Shown here: piece by piece, positions 22,260 through 32,300 of the stretch | Position numbering within the stretch: position 1 is the first letter of the stretch | Layout of the letters: each line of letters starts with the position of its first letter | From: Mytilus edulis | Lineage: Eukaryota | Reading direction: 5' to 3' | DNA length: 64,000 bases | Assembly (NCBI RefSeq): GCF_963676685.1 | Contig: NC_092350.1 | Span: forward strand, 12,896,001-12,960,000 | Notes under the pieces: generated by a model | What the model was told of the DNA's origin: nothing | The model's database searches: none | The model's input: the letters and a program-made list of their open reading frames with translations, nothing else | Made by a program: the position numbers and the translations under genes

Positions 22260-23578
22260 TCTTGAATTATGATGTCTCGAGTTTGAGTTATTTCAAAATA
22301 TCCACTAAATTCACTATAAATGATTATAGTTGTTGGTTCAGTGAGGGGAGAATCAAATGTGCATTCCAAATTGACACGTTCATTCCTTTTCAATGTTAAA
22401 TAATCTAAACCTTCAAAAATTGGTTCCAGTTGAAAGGCATACAAGGCATATCCTTCAGAAAAACTGTCTCTGTTTAATCCATTACCACAGTCTTGCAGAG
22501 TTTTCCCAGCAACCTCAAATAGATTGCGAAATGCAACAATGGATGATTCTCCACTTGACGAGTCAAATTTTACTCTGACAGGATTCCCGGAAACTGGCAC
22601 TCCCTCAACTTTAAGATTTATTTCACTTAGGTGGCAATGTTTGAATGTCCACGGACATAGTGAGTAGTCACCTGCTATGTTTTGACTCCCCGTAAAGGCT
22701 ATCAATACCTTATTGGGTCTATTATTCTGGAATATGTTGTTGAAGTTAAAACTTATTTGACCAGCTGGAAGTGAAATTGTGCGAACATCATTTTGCACAA
22801 TGGGATATTTAGCGTTTACTGTCCTGAGTATAGAATCGTGGCCATATACAATGCCGGGGTGAACGTGGATCTTTGCTATTGATAGATACATATCTTCAAT
22901 CTCAAGGTAATAATCAGCATCTTCATCAACCGACATTAGATAAAATTCTGGTCTCGATCTGTAGAATTTCACAGTAACTCCTACTTGATTTAATATGTAA
23001 CGATTCATTGAAAACAGGGGATGGAAAATGTTTCCTTCAAGATCAACAGTTTTACCATTTTTTATGTATGCTGTTCTTCTGTAGAGCCCAAGATTTGATC
23101 CTGTGTTACAATCTGCATCATCCAATGTTCCTTGATGATCGTCTATCCATAATTGACTTGAGAGCTGCGATTCTTTAGCTTCTTTCCCATATTTCAATAA
23201 AGTTTGCATATAAGCTTTGTAAGGGTAAAATCCTGTTGAAGATGTGACAATTTTATTTTGAATTAAAACATCTATTTGATTAAATAATGCATGCAAAACA
23301 TAGTTCACAGGCCCGCAATTAACGTCACTGCTATCTGCTATGGTTCCATCTCCTCTTTTAAGTCTTAGACGTACATGCATTGTTGATTTACTTAAGTCTA
23401 GATACTCTGTTCCACCAGATATGTGAAACTCTATTGGCGATGTCTTTGTAAAAGTTGCAGCTGGTCGAATATGTTCATATGTGATTCTTGTGACTGCAGT
23501 TTGATGACCTGGTAGATTGAATAAAGACAACTGACTTGGTTGCAGCTCATGAAATGTTTCAGGATTTATTTTAGCCAT
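22256..23578 (-). CDS. Major capsid protein (double jelly-roll, Polinton PY)
   Basis: 440 aa; LSLFNLP, PIEFHI, YLDLSKS, GPVNYVLHALF, YPYKAYMQTLLKYG and GYALYAFQL match the Polinton MCP pattern. Confidence 0.92.
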   Translation of the reverse strand: MAKINPETFHELQPSQLSLFNLPGHQTAVTRITYEHIRPAATFTKTSPIEFHISGGTEYLDLSKSTMHVRLRLKRGDGTIADSSDVNCGPVNYVLHALFNQIDVLIQNKIVTSSTGFYPYKAYMQTLLKYGKEAKESQLSSQLWIDDHQGTLDDADCNTGSNLGLYRRTAYIKNGKTVDLEGNIFHPLFSMNRYILNQVGVTVKFYRSRPEFYLMSVDEDADYYLEIEDMYLSIAKIHVHPGIVYGHDSILRTVNAKYPIVQNDVRTISLPAGQISFNFNNIFQNNRPNKVLIAFTGSQNIAGDYSLCPWTFKHCHLSEINLKVEGVPVSGNPVRVKFDSSSGESSIVAFRNLFEVAGKTLQDCGNGLNRDSFSEGYALYAFQLEPIFEGLDYLTLKRNERVNLECTFDSPLTEPTTIIIYSEFSGYFEITQTRDIIIQE

Positions 23579-23586
23579 TTTGAATT

Positions 23587-24057
23587 TTACTGGAAAATAT
23601 CCTTTTCAATTAGCTGATTCTTTAATCTTTTTTTCACACTCTGTACACTTCCTTTCTTACTGTTTGTTTTATTTTTCCTTCCTCCTTTCTTTGTCTTTTT
23701 CGTTTTCTTCTGCTCCCCTCTATGGCTTTTTCTATTACTGTTTTGTAACTTCCCACGTTTGCGTTTTATCTTTTTCACAGCTCGACTAATTTCCGACTTA
23801 GCATTTTCCACCTGCTGCTGTGCATGTGTTACAAGTTTAATGGGTGATTGCGCATGTGGTTTACTTTGTGGTAATGTGATTGGTTCCATGAAGCTAGCTG
23901 CTGAATTAGTGAGGGAACCACCACTCTGGATAGTTCTTCTGTATGAATTATTAAGATATGAATTGTGATGTTTGTCATTCGCTAGATTTTCATAGTACAT
24001 TATCCATGTCCTAGGGTCTAGCACATATTGAGAATTGTTCAATTCCATGATTATCAT
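23587..24057 (-). CDS. Putative core/DNA-condensing protein, 156 aa
   Basis: QSGGS motif followed by a very Lys/Arg-rich C-terminal half; between mCP and MCP. Confidence 0.7.
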   Translation of the reverse strand: MIIMELNNSQYVLDPRTWIMYYENLANDKHHNSYLNNSYRRTIQSGGSLTNSAASFMEPITLPQSKPHAQSPIKLVTHAQQQVENAKSEISRAVKKIKRKRGKLQNSNRKSHRGEQKKTKKTKKGGRKNKTNSKKGSVQSVKKRLKNQLIEKDIFQ

Positions 24058-24461
24058 GCAAAGTATGGATACGACCTGAAGTGCAGTGTAATCGACACTG
24101 GATTTTTTAAAAATGATGCATGACTCCCTTGCATGTCAGTAATAAAGAATTCAATGTCTCTTATTTCACTTTTCACCACTGGAATGTATGCAAGTTGATC
24201 AAAGTGGTAGTATTCAGTTTGAGAGCAGCAACATATTCGCTTCAATAAGGGTTGTTTGTTACCATCGACTATTACATCACCGCATATGTTTGCATATATA
24301 TATAGATCATTATTTGATGATAATTTAATATCAACTAATGCGACTTTCCATTTTGATTTCATCACTATTGGCGTCTGAAGATATGTACGGAATTTGTGTG
24401 GTCTGTTATGTTGGTAAATGTCTAAATTTTTGTTACTGTTAATGACCATGTAAAAGCTCAT
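24054..24461 (-). CDS. Minor capsid (penton, single jelly-roll, Polinton PX), 135 aa from the first ATG
   Basis: FYMVINSN...FRTYLQTPI...WKVALVDI, LYIYANI...PLLKRI, YIPV...IEFFITD...VSITLHFR. Confidence 0.85.
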   Translation of the reverse strand: MSFYMVINSNKNLDIYQHNRPHKFRTYLQTPIVMKSKWKVALVDIKLSSNNDLYIYANICGDVIVDGNKQPLLKRICCCSQTEYYHFDQLAYIPVVKSEIRDIEFFITDMQGSHASFLKNPVSITLHFRSYPYFA

Positions 24462-24462
24462 T

Positions 24463-25617
24463 TTAAAAGTCAACAATATCTCTCTCAGGAATCCACTGAC
24501 AAAAACGTTTATCCCAATCCTGGAATTTTACATAACCCTCACGTTGACCATTCCGCCTTCGCCATTTAAGCACTTTCTCAACAAACCACAATGCGTCAGC
24601 CTCCTTTTTCACACGCTGCAACTCTGTATAATTGAAATTGCCTACAACTTCCTTGTCCAAAAAATCTTGTACTTTATAAAAGATTTTCCCATGTATTAGA
24701 AATCGTCTATATATTTTAAATATTTCGGAGGTCCACTGTTGCTGATAAGCTCTTTGAAACGGTTTCTTCAAATGGCTCAGTCTTACCATGTCATTGATTT
24801 TAAAATGAAACTGTTTCCCTCTTTTACGTTGTACTTTTAATGTTTCTTTCTTTTCTCTGATTCGTTTTTCTTTGGGTGGAGTTTTAATATACATATATGC
24901 CCACAAATCATATTTGTTTTTCTCATTCACATCTTTTGGAGCTGTATTATTTAAACTTCTATGTGGCGTTGCATTATAACTTGCTACCAAATTTTGTAGA
25001 ACATTGAGATAGCTATAAGTTCTATGCTTTGTAAAATATCGGAACATCATCCTCCGAAATGTCAAATTGACCCTCTCTGCTATTGACGCTTTACTACTGT
25101 CGGAATTTAAATAGACATGATGGTAAATGTCATATTTTTTAAACACACGTTTCAAATCTTTGTTTTTGAATTCAGTTCCCGCATCTGTGGAAACCTTCAA
25201 AGGGATTTTACCATGTTTGAAGATTTTTTCAAATGCATCAGCTACTGTCTTCCCAAACTTGTTTTTTAATGGATAAATCCATAAAAACCGTGTGAAAATA
25301 TCGATAACAACCAACAGGAAACGTGTCTTATTGTTATATTTCTGTATGTTGGATACATCCATAAGGTCAGCATCGTATTGCTCATACGGTTCCGATACAA
25401 TTATTTTCACTCTTTTAATTCTACGTTTTACAGGTTTTTGTAAATTGTAGTCGTCTATTTTTTCCATCCATTTCCTGATCTTGTATACGCTTGGTACATT
25501 TCCATCTCTTGATGTCTTCAACGTTTGATAAATTTTTTCAGCACTTAGGTATGCTCCCCCATTTGCTGTATTGTAATATACATTCCTAAGTTTTTCATCT
25601 AAATCATCATTTTCCAT
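24463..25617 (-). CDS. int: Retroviral-like (rve) DDE integrase with C-terminal chromodomain
   Basis: DADLMD, STDAGTEF, IAERVNLT; tail WFVEKVLKWRRRNGQREGYVKFQDWDKRFCQWIPE. Confidence 0.95.
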   Translation of the reverse strand: MENDDLDEKLRNVYYNTANGGAYLSAEKIYQTLKTSRDGNVPSVYKIRKWMEKIDDYNLQKPVKRRIKRVKIIVSEPYEQYDADLMDVSNIQKYNNKTRFLLVVIDIFTRFLWIYPLKNKFGKTVADAFEKIFKHGKIPLKVSTDAGTEFKNKDLKRVFKKYDIYHHVYLNSDSSKASIAERVNLTFRRMMFRYFTKHRTYSYLNVLQNLVASYNATPHRSLNNTAPKDVNEKNKYDLWAYMYIKTPPKEKRIREKKETLKVQRKRGKQFHFKINDMVRLSHLKKPFQRAYQQQWTSEIFKIYRRFLIHGKIFYKVQDFLDKEVVGNFNYTELQRVKKEADALWFVEKVLKWRRRNGQREGYVKFQDWDKRFCQWIPERDIVDF

Positions 25618-25963
25618 TGTTAAAAATAGGTTCCAAATCTATCATTTTTTCAACTTTATCTATTATGCGAGATGCTCTGTGCGGTGTTTTCAATATAGTA
25701 TTTTTCCAATCTGTTGATTGTAAAAATGTAAGTTGATAGTAGACTCTCACATTATCTGGAATATTTGATTGTCTGACTAAATTAACAAAATCGGTGTACA
25801 CTTTATCTGTTTCTACTTGATAAAAAAAATCCCATGCATTTCCTCCACTTATGTGTTCCACTTGATTTTCCTTCTTCAGAATGTCAAAAACTGACTTTGC
25901 ATATATTATATCGAATATGTTATCAAGTCTGGCTATATTTTCACATGATTCTATCTCATCCAT
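25607..25963 (-). CDS. Hypothetical protein, 118 aa, first ORF of the structural block
   Basis: ATG-initiated, overlaps the integrase start by 11 bp; no recognisable motif. Confidence 0.6.
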   Translation of the reverse strand: MDEIESCENIARLDNIFDIIYAKSVFDILKKENQVEHISGGNAWDFFYQVETDKVYTDFVNLVRQSNIPDNVRVYYQLTFLQSTDWKNTILKTPHRASRIIDKVEKMIDLEPIFNNGK

Positions 25964-26010
25964 GTTTTATTAATAATAATAATAATTTATAATGTATGAT
26001 ATTTTTGTTT

Positions 26011-26052
26011 GGGTTAGGGTTAGGGTTAGGGTTAGGGTTAGGGTTAGGGTTA
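26011..26052 (+). repeat. (GGGTTA)7 telomeric-type tract
   Basis: Seven perfect hexamers at the inner edge of the right TIR. Confidence 0.97.
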
Positions 26053-26444
26053 ATTATTATATTTACCAATTAAACTTTTATCAAATTAAAGCTCTCAAAT
26101 TGTTTTAAATGTTCCTTTTACTACTTCCATATCCAGCATATCAACAATTTAAATGATTGGTAATGCGTTAAATTGTTTAATGAAATGAAAATTTTTTTTA
26201 AATGTTCAATTTACTTTTACTACTTCCATATCCAGCATATCAACAATGTTAAATTGATTGGTAATGCATTAAAATTGTTTAATGCAGTGAAAAAAAAAAT
26301 AAAAACATTCTTTTATATTTTACAAATTAAAAATCAATATTTTGATATTATCCAACAAATATATTATGCAATTTTTGCTGACGGGGGCAAAATTTTTGTC
26401 AACGTGGCAAAAATATTTGCTGCTGCCACACAATATATACTACT
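26011..26444 (-). repeat. Right terminal inverted repeat
   Basis: Inverted counterpart of 2409..2856; contains an internal ~80-bp direct duplication (~26105 and ~26198). Confidence 0.85.
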
Positions 26445-26450
26445 TTCCGG
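26445..26450. other. Right target-site duplication TTCCGG
   Basis: Matches 2403..2408. Confidence 0.95.
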
Positions 26451-26533
26451 GTTAGCTAAACTTCCAAAGCAAGTGAGTTTGTATATATGAGATAACTAAG
26501 TGTATGTATTAAGTAATTTATGTACCAACTTAC

Positions 26534-29500
26534 AATTTATAGTGTTGAAGAGACAACTGAAATCATTATTCGGATGATCTTCGAATATTACAAACATCTG
26601 TCTTGAATGCTCATCTAATTTTTCTGAAAAAAAATTCCCCAAATAACAACAATGTTAAATCTGCAAATTATAGGAAACATTTTTTTTATTTTCTCGCAAG
26701 GTATTCGAACTCGTGCTATCGGGACAATACCGCCTGCAATGTGTTCATTGCTCTAGACCCCTCGGCCACCTATACTGAACTAAATAATATAAGCTTTCTG
26801 TGGTTTAGGTAACCTGTCTTCGTCATTAGAATCTAGAGTTGGCCTTTTAAAGCCGACTATGCAGTATGGGTCTTTTAAAGCTGACTATGCAGTATTGGGT
26901 TTCTCATTATTGAAGGCCGTACGGTGACCTATAGTTGTTAATTTCTGTGTCATTTCTTCTCTTGTGAAGAGTTGTCTCATACAACATATTCTTTTTTTAT
27001 ATTTTGACACAGTACATGATATATTAGGCACGAAGAGGGAATTGATTGCAGATTAGCTAAATTATCTATCGTTAAGGATCGTAAGATGCAGTCACATAAA
27101 TACTTAAGTACGTCTTAACAAGTGACAACTCTACGACGGAGCCATCCATTGGATCACCAGTGAAGGTGTTAAGGATGTCTGTCTAAAGAAAGGAAATTAC
27201 CAAGAAAACAAAATTTTCAGTAAATGTCAATCATTTCGACCCCCATTTATATCTAATATAAGCACATAAGGTATATTTGTTATAATAACTTATTTGAATT
27301 AGGTAAGTGAAAAGTAGCTTGTATGCAAATTTTCGTAAAAAAATCACCATGGGATCAAAACTGTGTCGCATGCTTTGAGCTATATAGCTTTCAATATCTG
27401 CGAGTGCTCCTATATCTTTACGGTTGTTTTTTCGTCTTTCTGTTATTTGTGGTGTGTTTTGGTTCGATCTGATGTGTCAAGCCTTCTCAACTGATTTTTT
27501 ACAGTCTGTTCTTCATGGTGCTGTGTCAGGTTATGGAAGGGTTAAACGCCCACAGAATTGTTGTGTATATATTTCTCCTTATCGTATATTTGCCTGTTTC
27601 ACATTTTAAGCTTTTTATTTCGTGGTCGGCGATAGTTGATGTCGGTCTTTGATTTCCGCTAATATTAGTGTTTTATTTTTTCGTTATTTGTTTAATATTT
27701 TATCATATATGGGGCTTATATACTTGACTGTACGGTACAGATTTTTTTCATTGTTATATGTGTACATGAACGTGGACCTAAAATTGCAGAAACTCGCTTC
27801 ATATCAATCATACCACATCTCTTTATTTTATATAGTACAATATCAACAGTACCAATTTTACTTCATCAGATGCATATTTCTGCAATTTATATATTTCAGA
27901 ATGAAAATGAGGAATGTTTCAAAGAGACAACAACCAGATCATAGAACAGAAAACAGTACAAAGCCATTAATGGATCTTCAACACAGCGAGAAAATCCCGC
28001 ACCTAGAGAGCTCAAGAATAGACTGGAAACATCTACCAACAAATAAGATGTTCGCAGAACGATTAGTAAACATATTCTCGCTGTATTGAAGGCCCTCGGC
28101 CGTTTTCAGCTCTTTTGTCGGGTTGTTGTCTCTTTGACACATTCCACATTTCAATTCTCAATTTTATGACATAGACATATATTGACATGATTAATGAAGA
28201 ATAAAGCCAAATTAACGGAGGTGAAAATAACTCAATTATTTCTAAAAAAAAATACGTTTTATTTAAATAAATATTACCGTGACTGTTTGTTTTTATTTAG
28301 GTGATAACACATACCCTTCATTTTGTGAAGTATTTCAACGGAATTCCCTCCATCCGCCGTACAGTAATCAGCAATTACTATAACGTCATCTTCAAAATGA
28401 TTGCACAGAGTTTCTAAAATGAATATACGTCAAGAAAATTATTTTTCTGAACACAACTACACCTTATATAATAATGACGGAGTTTGATTGGTTGGTAGCC
28501 AATGTATATTTCGCATATTCTAACCTTTTTTCTCATTTTATGTTTTTCACCACTGCCGGTGAATATAACTTTCTTAATCTATCCTAGATTTCTACTAAAC
28601 TTAAACCGAAGCTTGCTTATGATCATTAGATAGTATCCATAAGTTAATTTTGTAATTCCTGTTTTCCGTATTTTACTTATAAAAGGACTTAGTTTTTTTT
28701 TCTGCCAGGAAACATTACATTCACTCTGTGGTTAAAGTTTTTAAAATTTTAATAACTTTCTTAAACTGTCCTTGACTTCTATTAAATTTGGACGTAAGCT
28801 TGTTTATGATCACACAATAGTATCCACAAGTAAATATTATTAAAAAAAAATCCTGTTTTTCCATATTTTACTTATAAATGACTAAGAAGAAAAAAAAACT
28901 TACTATAACCCCTTTTTAAGTTAAATGGTTGCTCCTAAAACTATTTTACCTGAATAATTATTTGAAAAAAAAGTTTATACACAAACTCTAAAATTCTGTA
29001 ATATTTTAGGCATAATCGTCATTTCTTCTAAAACTAACTATAATTATACAAAAAAAAGTGTTAATTTTAAATGTCCAAGTGCCCAGTTCCATTTGATAAC
29101 AATTGAAATAAGTTATGGAAAACACATTTGACTCAAAGAAGAACGAAATGTTAACCTCCAGATGATGGTCGGTATGTCAAAACGAGGTGACACTACCGAA
29201 AATTAATCCATGATACAACAACTTTGTGCATATCAATGCACAATATACATCGAAGGACAGTTCCAAAGAAAAGAACAAAAGAAAATAAGCCTAAACATTT
29301 TGAGACCTCTTAATATTTGATTTAAAACTTCTATACTCTATTTGATAAGATATTTTTTCTAAATAACTTGTTTGTGCATATGAAAAATAAAAACTTTAGA
29401 ATATACGGAAGATTTGTCAAACTTGTATACTAAATATAGTAAACAAAATCAACATACCTATGCACTTGAGAATGGGCTCCGCAGAGGATATGATTATTTG

Positions 29501-29554
29501 GTTGCAAACTCTCATCACATCTGAGTACCGACTTTGTTCATCTGAGTACATCAT
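26534..29554 (-). CDS. SABATH/Methyltransf_7-like SAM methyltransferase, 5' exons (29554-29458, 28413-28315, 26623-26534); 3' exons not found in the window
   Basis: Three phase-1-compatible GT-AG exons give MMYSDEQSRYSDVMRVCNQIIISSAEPILKCI/ETLCNHFEDDVIVIADYCTADGGNSVEILHKMK/EKLDEHSRQMFVIFEDHPNNDFSCLFNTIN. This matches the SABATH motifs IADLGCSSGPNT and NDLPxNDFNxLF in order and spacing. Confidence 0.85.
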
Positions 29555-30756
29555 ACTTTTTTTTCTCTTTCTGAATAATAATATAATTATTAAGTTAGCA
29601 ACAGACCTATATTCCACCCGCTGCTCACCTACGTGTAAAGATGATTCTTATATCATTGGAGGATACTATCTAACATAAATGAGTGTATATATCCCTGTGA
29701 ATGACAAATCTCTCATTGTCAAAATAACCGCACAGATAACCTACGAAAGCCGTACAGCTTAATATTCCCAAAGGGTCATTTATAAATACTGATAAGGGTA
29801 TTTTAAGGTTAGTAATGAGACGTTAGTGGGGACATGGTATTATAAAATTAAGAATAATGATTTAATTAATATCTAGATCTTTGACATTCCTTTTTTTGTT
29901 CTACATTGTCACATCTCAAAAGTTTGACCTTTTTTTTCTAAATCTTTTAGATCCGAATGATTTAACAAATCAAATAAGGTATATACGAATAATATTTCTT
30001 ATTTATAGACATATCTATTTTACTTTATCCTGCATAATAAAAAGTAATCCGGTTTAGACCTTTACTAGTATCTGATTCTTTTTGACGACTTTTTTTCTAA
30101 TTATCGAAAATAAATATCATATATATAGCGAGGGTAACAGCTGTATCAAGATAAAACTTATTATAATGACTTTTTGTATACGTTTTTTCTTCTTCCTTTT
30201 CAAATTCATTTTATACTGCAACAAGTTGTGTATATTTTCTAAATGTAATAACACAACTATAGTTTGTGTAATGTCACTACAATCTGAGGTTCATTAAGGG
30301 ATGATGATATTAAGTTAGAAATTAAAATTTAAATAGCTATTAATGAATTGCTTAAGTTGCAGTATAAAAACAATATTCAATTTTTGTCAATGTAAAAAAC
30401 TTTTTTTGTATTCGTCACAAAACTGGGGTAGGGCTCGGTAAAACCTCGCACTTCCCTAGTTTCTCAGACTCATACAAAAAAGTTGACGTACTTATGGACG
30501 TACTTCAGCGCTCAATAATGAATAATGAACTATGAATAATGGACGTACTTCAGCGCGGTAAAAAAAGTTCCTATTTTTCTGACAATGACCTTATATTGTA
30601 TATTCATTTGTAAATATGGATGACGTGATTTATGTTATATTATTTGTATAGCATTACATGATAGCCAAAAGTATTTAATAAAACTGTTTGATGCGCCTCT
30701 TGATCCATCCAAGTCTTCAGTTGGTTTATTTCGAAGTAGTCACAAAATATGTATTT

Positions 30757-30913
30757 AAGAATTGAATGCTCTTTTTTGTCAATTTATTGGGGTGTAAAAG
30801 CGTTGACCGAAGTAATTTTGTATGAAGCGCGGAAGCGCTTCATACTTAAAATGTGCGCACGGTCAACGCTTTTACAACCCTATAAAGTTACAAAAAAAAG
30901 CATTCAATACTTA
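30757..30913. repeat. Long imperfect palindrome (MITE-like)
   Basis: TAAGAATTGAATGC...GTAAAAGCGTTGACCG...ATGAAGCGC / GCGCTTCAT...CGGTCAACGCTTTTAC...GCATTCAATACTTA. Confidence 0.75.
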
Positions 30914-32300
30914 TAATTACATTTTTACCTATAGGATCATGAAAACACGCCTTTTATCATGTTTTATTTCATTTACCTGTGCACTTTATTGTGGGACCTC
31001 GTGTCATCATGAATGAGAAGTTTCATTGAGTGATACAACTGCTTAAGGAATAACACATGATGTGCAGTTAGCCAATCAGAATAACGTATTGTAATGAAAC
31101 ATACATCTAATGTAATTATTTTCGAATGGGCATAGCAAAGTGGTAATTCAATTACTCTAATTATTTGAAGCGTGTGTAATTCTTATGTTATGTTATTGCT
31201 ATATTGTTCGTAAGTTTTAAATATATTCTTTTCAAATACATTTTAAGATGGACTTGTGTATGTATTGTTACACATCTATTAAACACAGTACGCATTTCTG
31301 TGTGTAACTCCTTATTTCAAAAGTGCTGATGTCAGTATGCCCAGTTTCATAATATTTAACTATATATATCATGATTTTCAAATGCCGTTATTATTTTTTA
31401 TAGGCATGTACGACCAATACATATCTGTTTGTTTTTTTATAATATTTATAATAATCAAGCATATTAGTTAGCCTATACACATATTTCATTAATTACAATA
31501 ACAGGGCTTTAAACATAGGCGAGAATCTATATGCAGTTGCATACGTATTTACCCGATGTAAAACATGATATAAAGTTAATTGTGATATCGTTATAGGTGC
31601 AAAATAACCAAATATGAATTAAACAAAAGCAAACAGCAAAGCTTACGTGCAGTTCAGCAATCAACTTGAACCAGATAATTTTACAACGGTGAACAACAAC
31701 TCATTGAACGAATAACAATTCCAAGGTTACATAACACCGGTCTATTGATGGTGGACGTTTTTAACGACCCTGACTGGCTATACAGCTCTATTGTATGGGA
31801 TACTTCTATTTTTATAGTCTTGTATGTAATTGAAGCTTTTTTTTTTAAAGAAGGTTATTTAATATGTACATGACTTTTTTGTATACTATGCATGTAAAAC
31901 CTTTTCTGAAAGCAGAGCAGTGAAGCGAACTAGAGATTTGTATATTTAATTATACGGTTTTTACCACAAAGGACCTACTGACCTAATGACTTGTTTTTTG
32001 TCTAACCCAATTATTTTGAAAATACAAATACTTTACTTTGTTATTGTTAGTGTGTTGGTAAGCAACTCGCTAGACACAACTGGCTCTTGGACAGTGAAGT
32101 ATAATTGTAACAGGCACTCTAAAGAATAAAGAATATATTTTTTTGTTAAAAAAAAGATATGAAAATGTAAAAGTCAGGAGTGGATTCAGATTAAGCGTAT
32201 AGGGCATACTCCAGCTCCCCTTTTAACGGAAACATCTTCCTTCTTTCATAAAAAAAAATGTAGGAAAATTTTCTGCATCCCACCGATCGGCGGTATATAT

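Larger units (their letters stand above)
2409..26444 (-). mobile_element. Polinton/Maverick (adintovirus-like) endogenous virus, complete; ~17.9 kb after collapsing the assembly duplication
   Basis: 5'-AGTAGT...ACTACT-3' ends, 55-bp perfect terminal inverted match, 6-bp TSD, and ORFs for pPolB, integrase, ATPase, protease, MCP and mCP. Confidence 0.97.

Noticed and set aside
26011-26052. Chromosome end or telomere-healing scar
   Set aside because: Only 7 units, internal to the element and mirrored in the left TIR.
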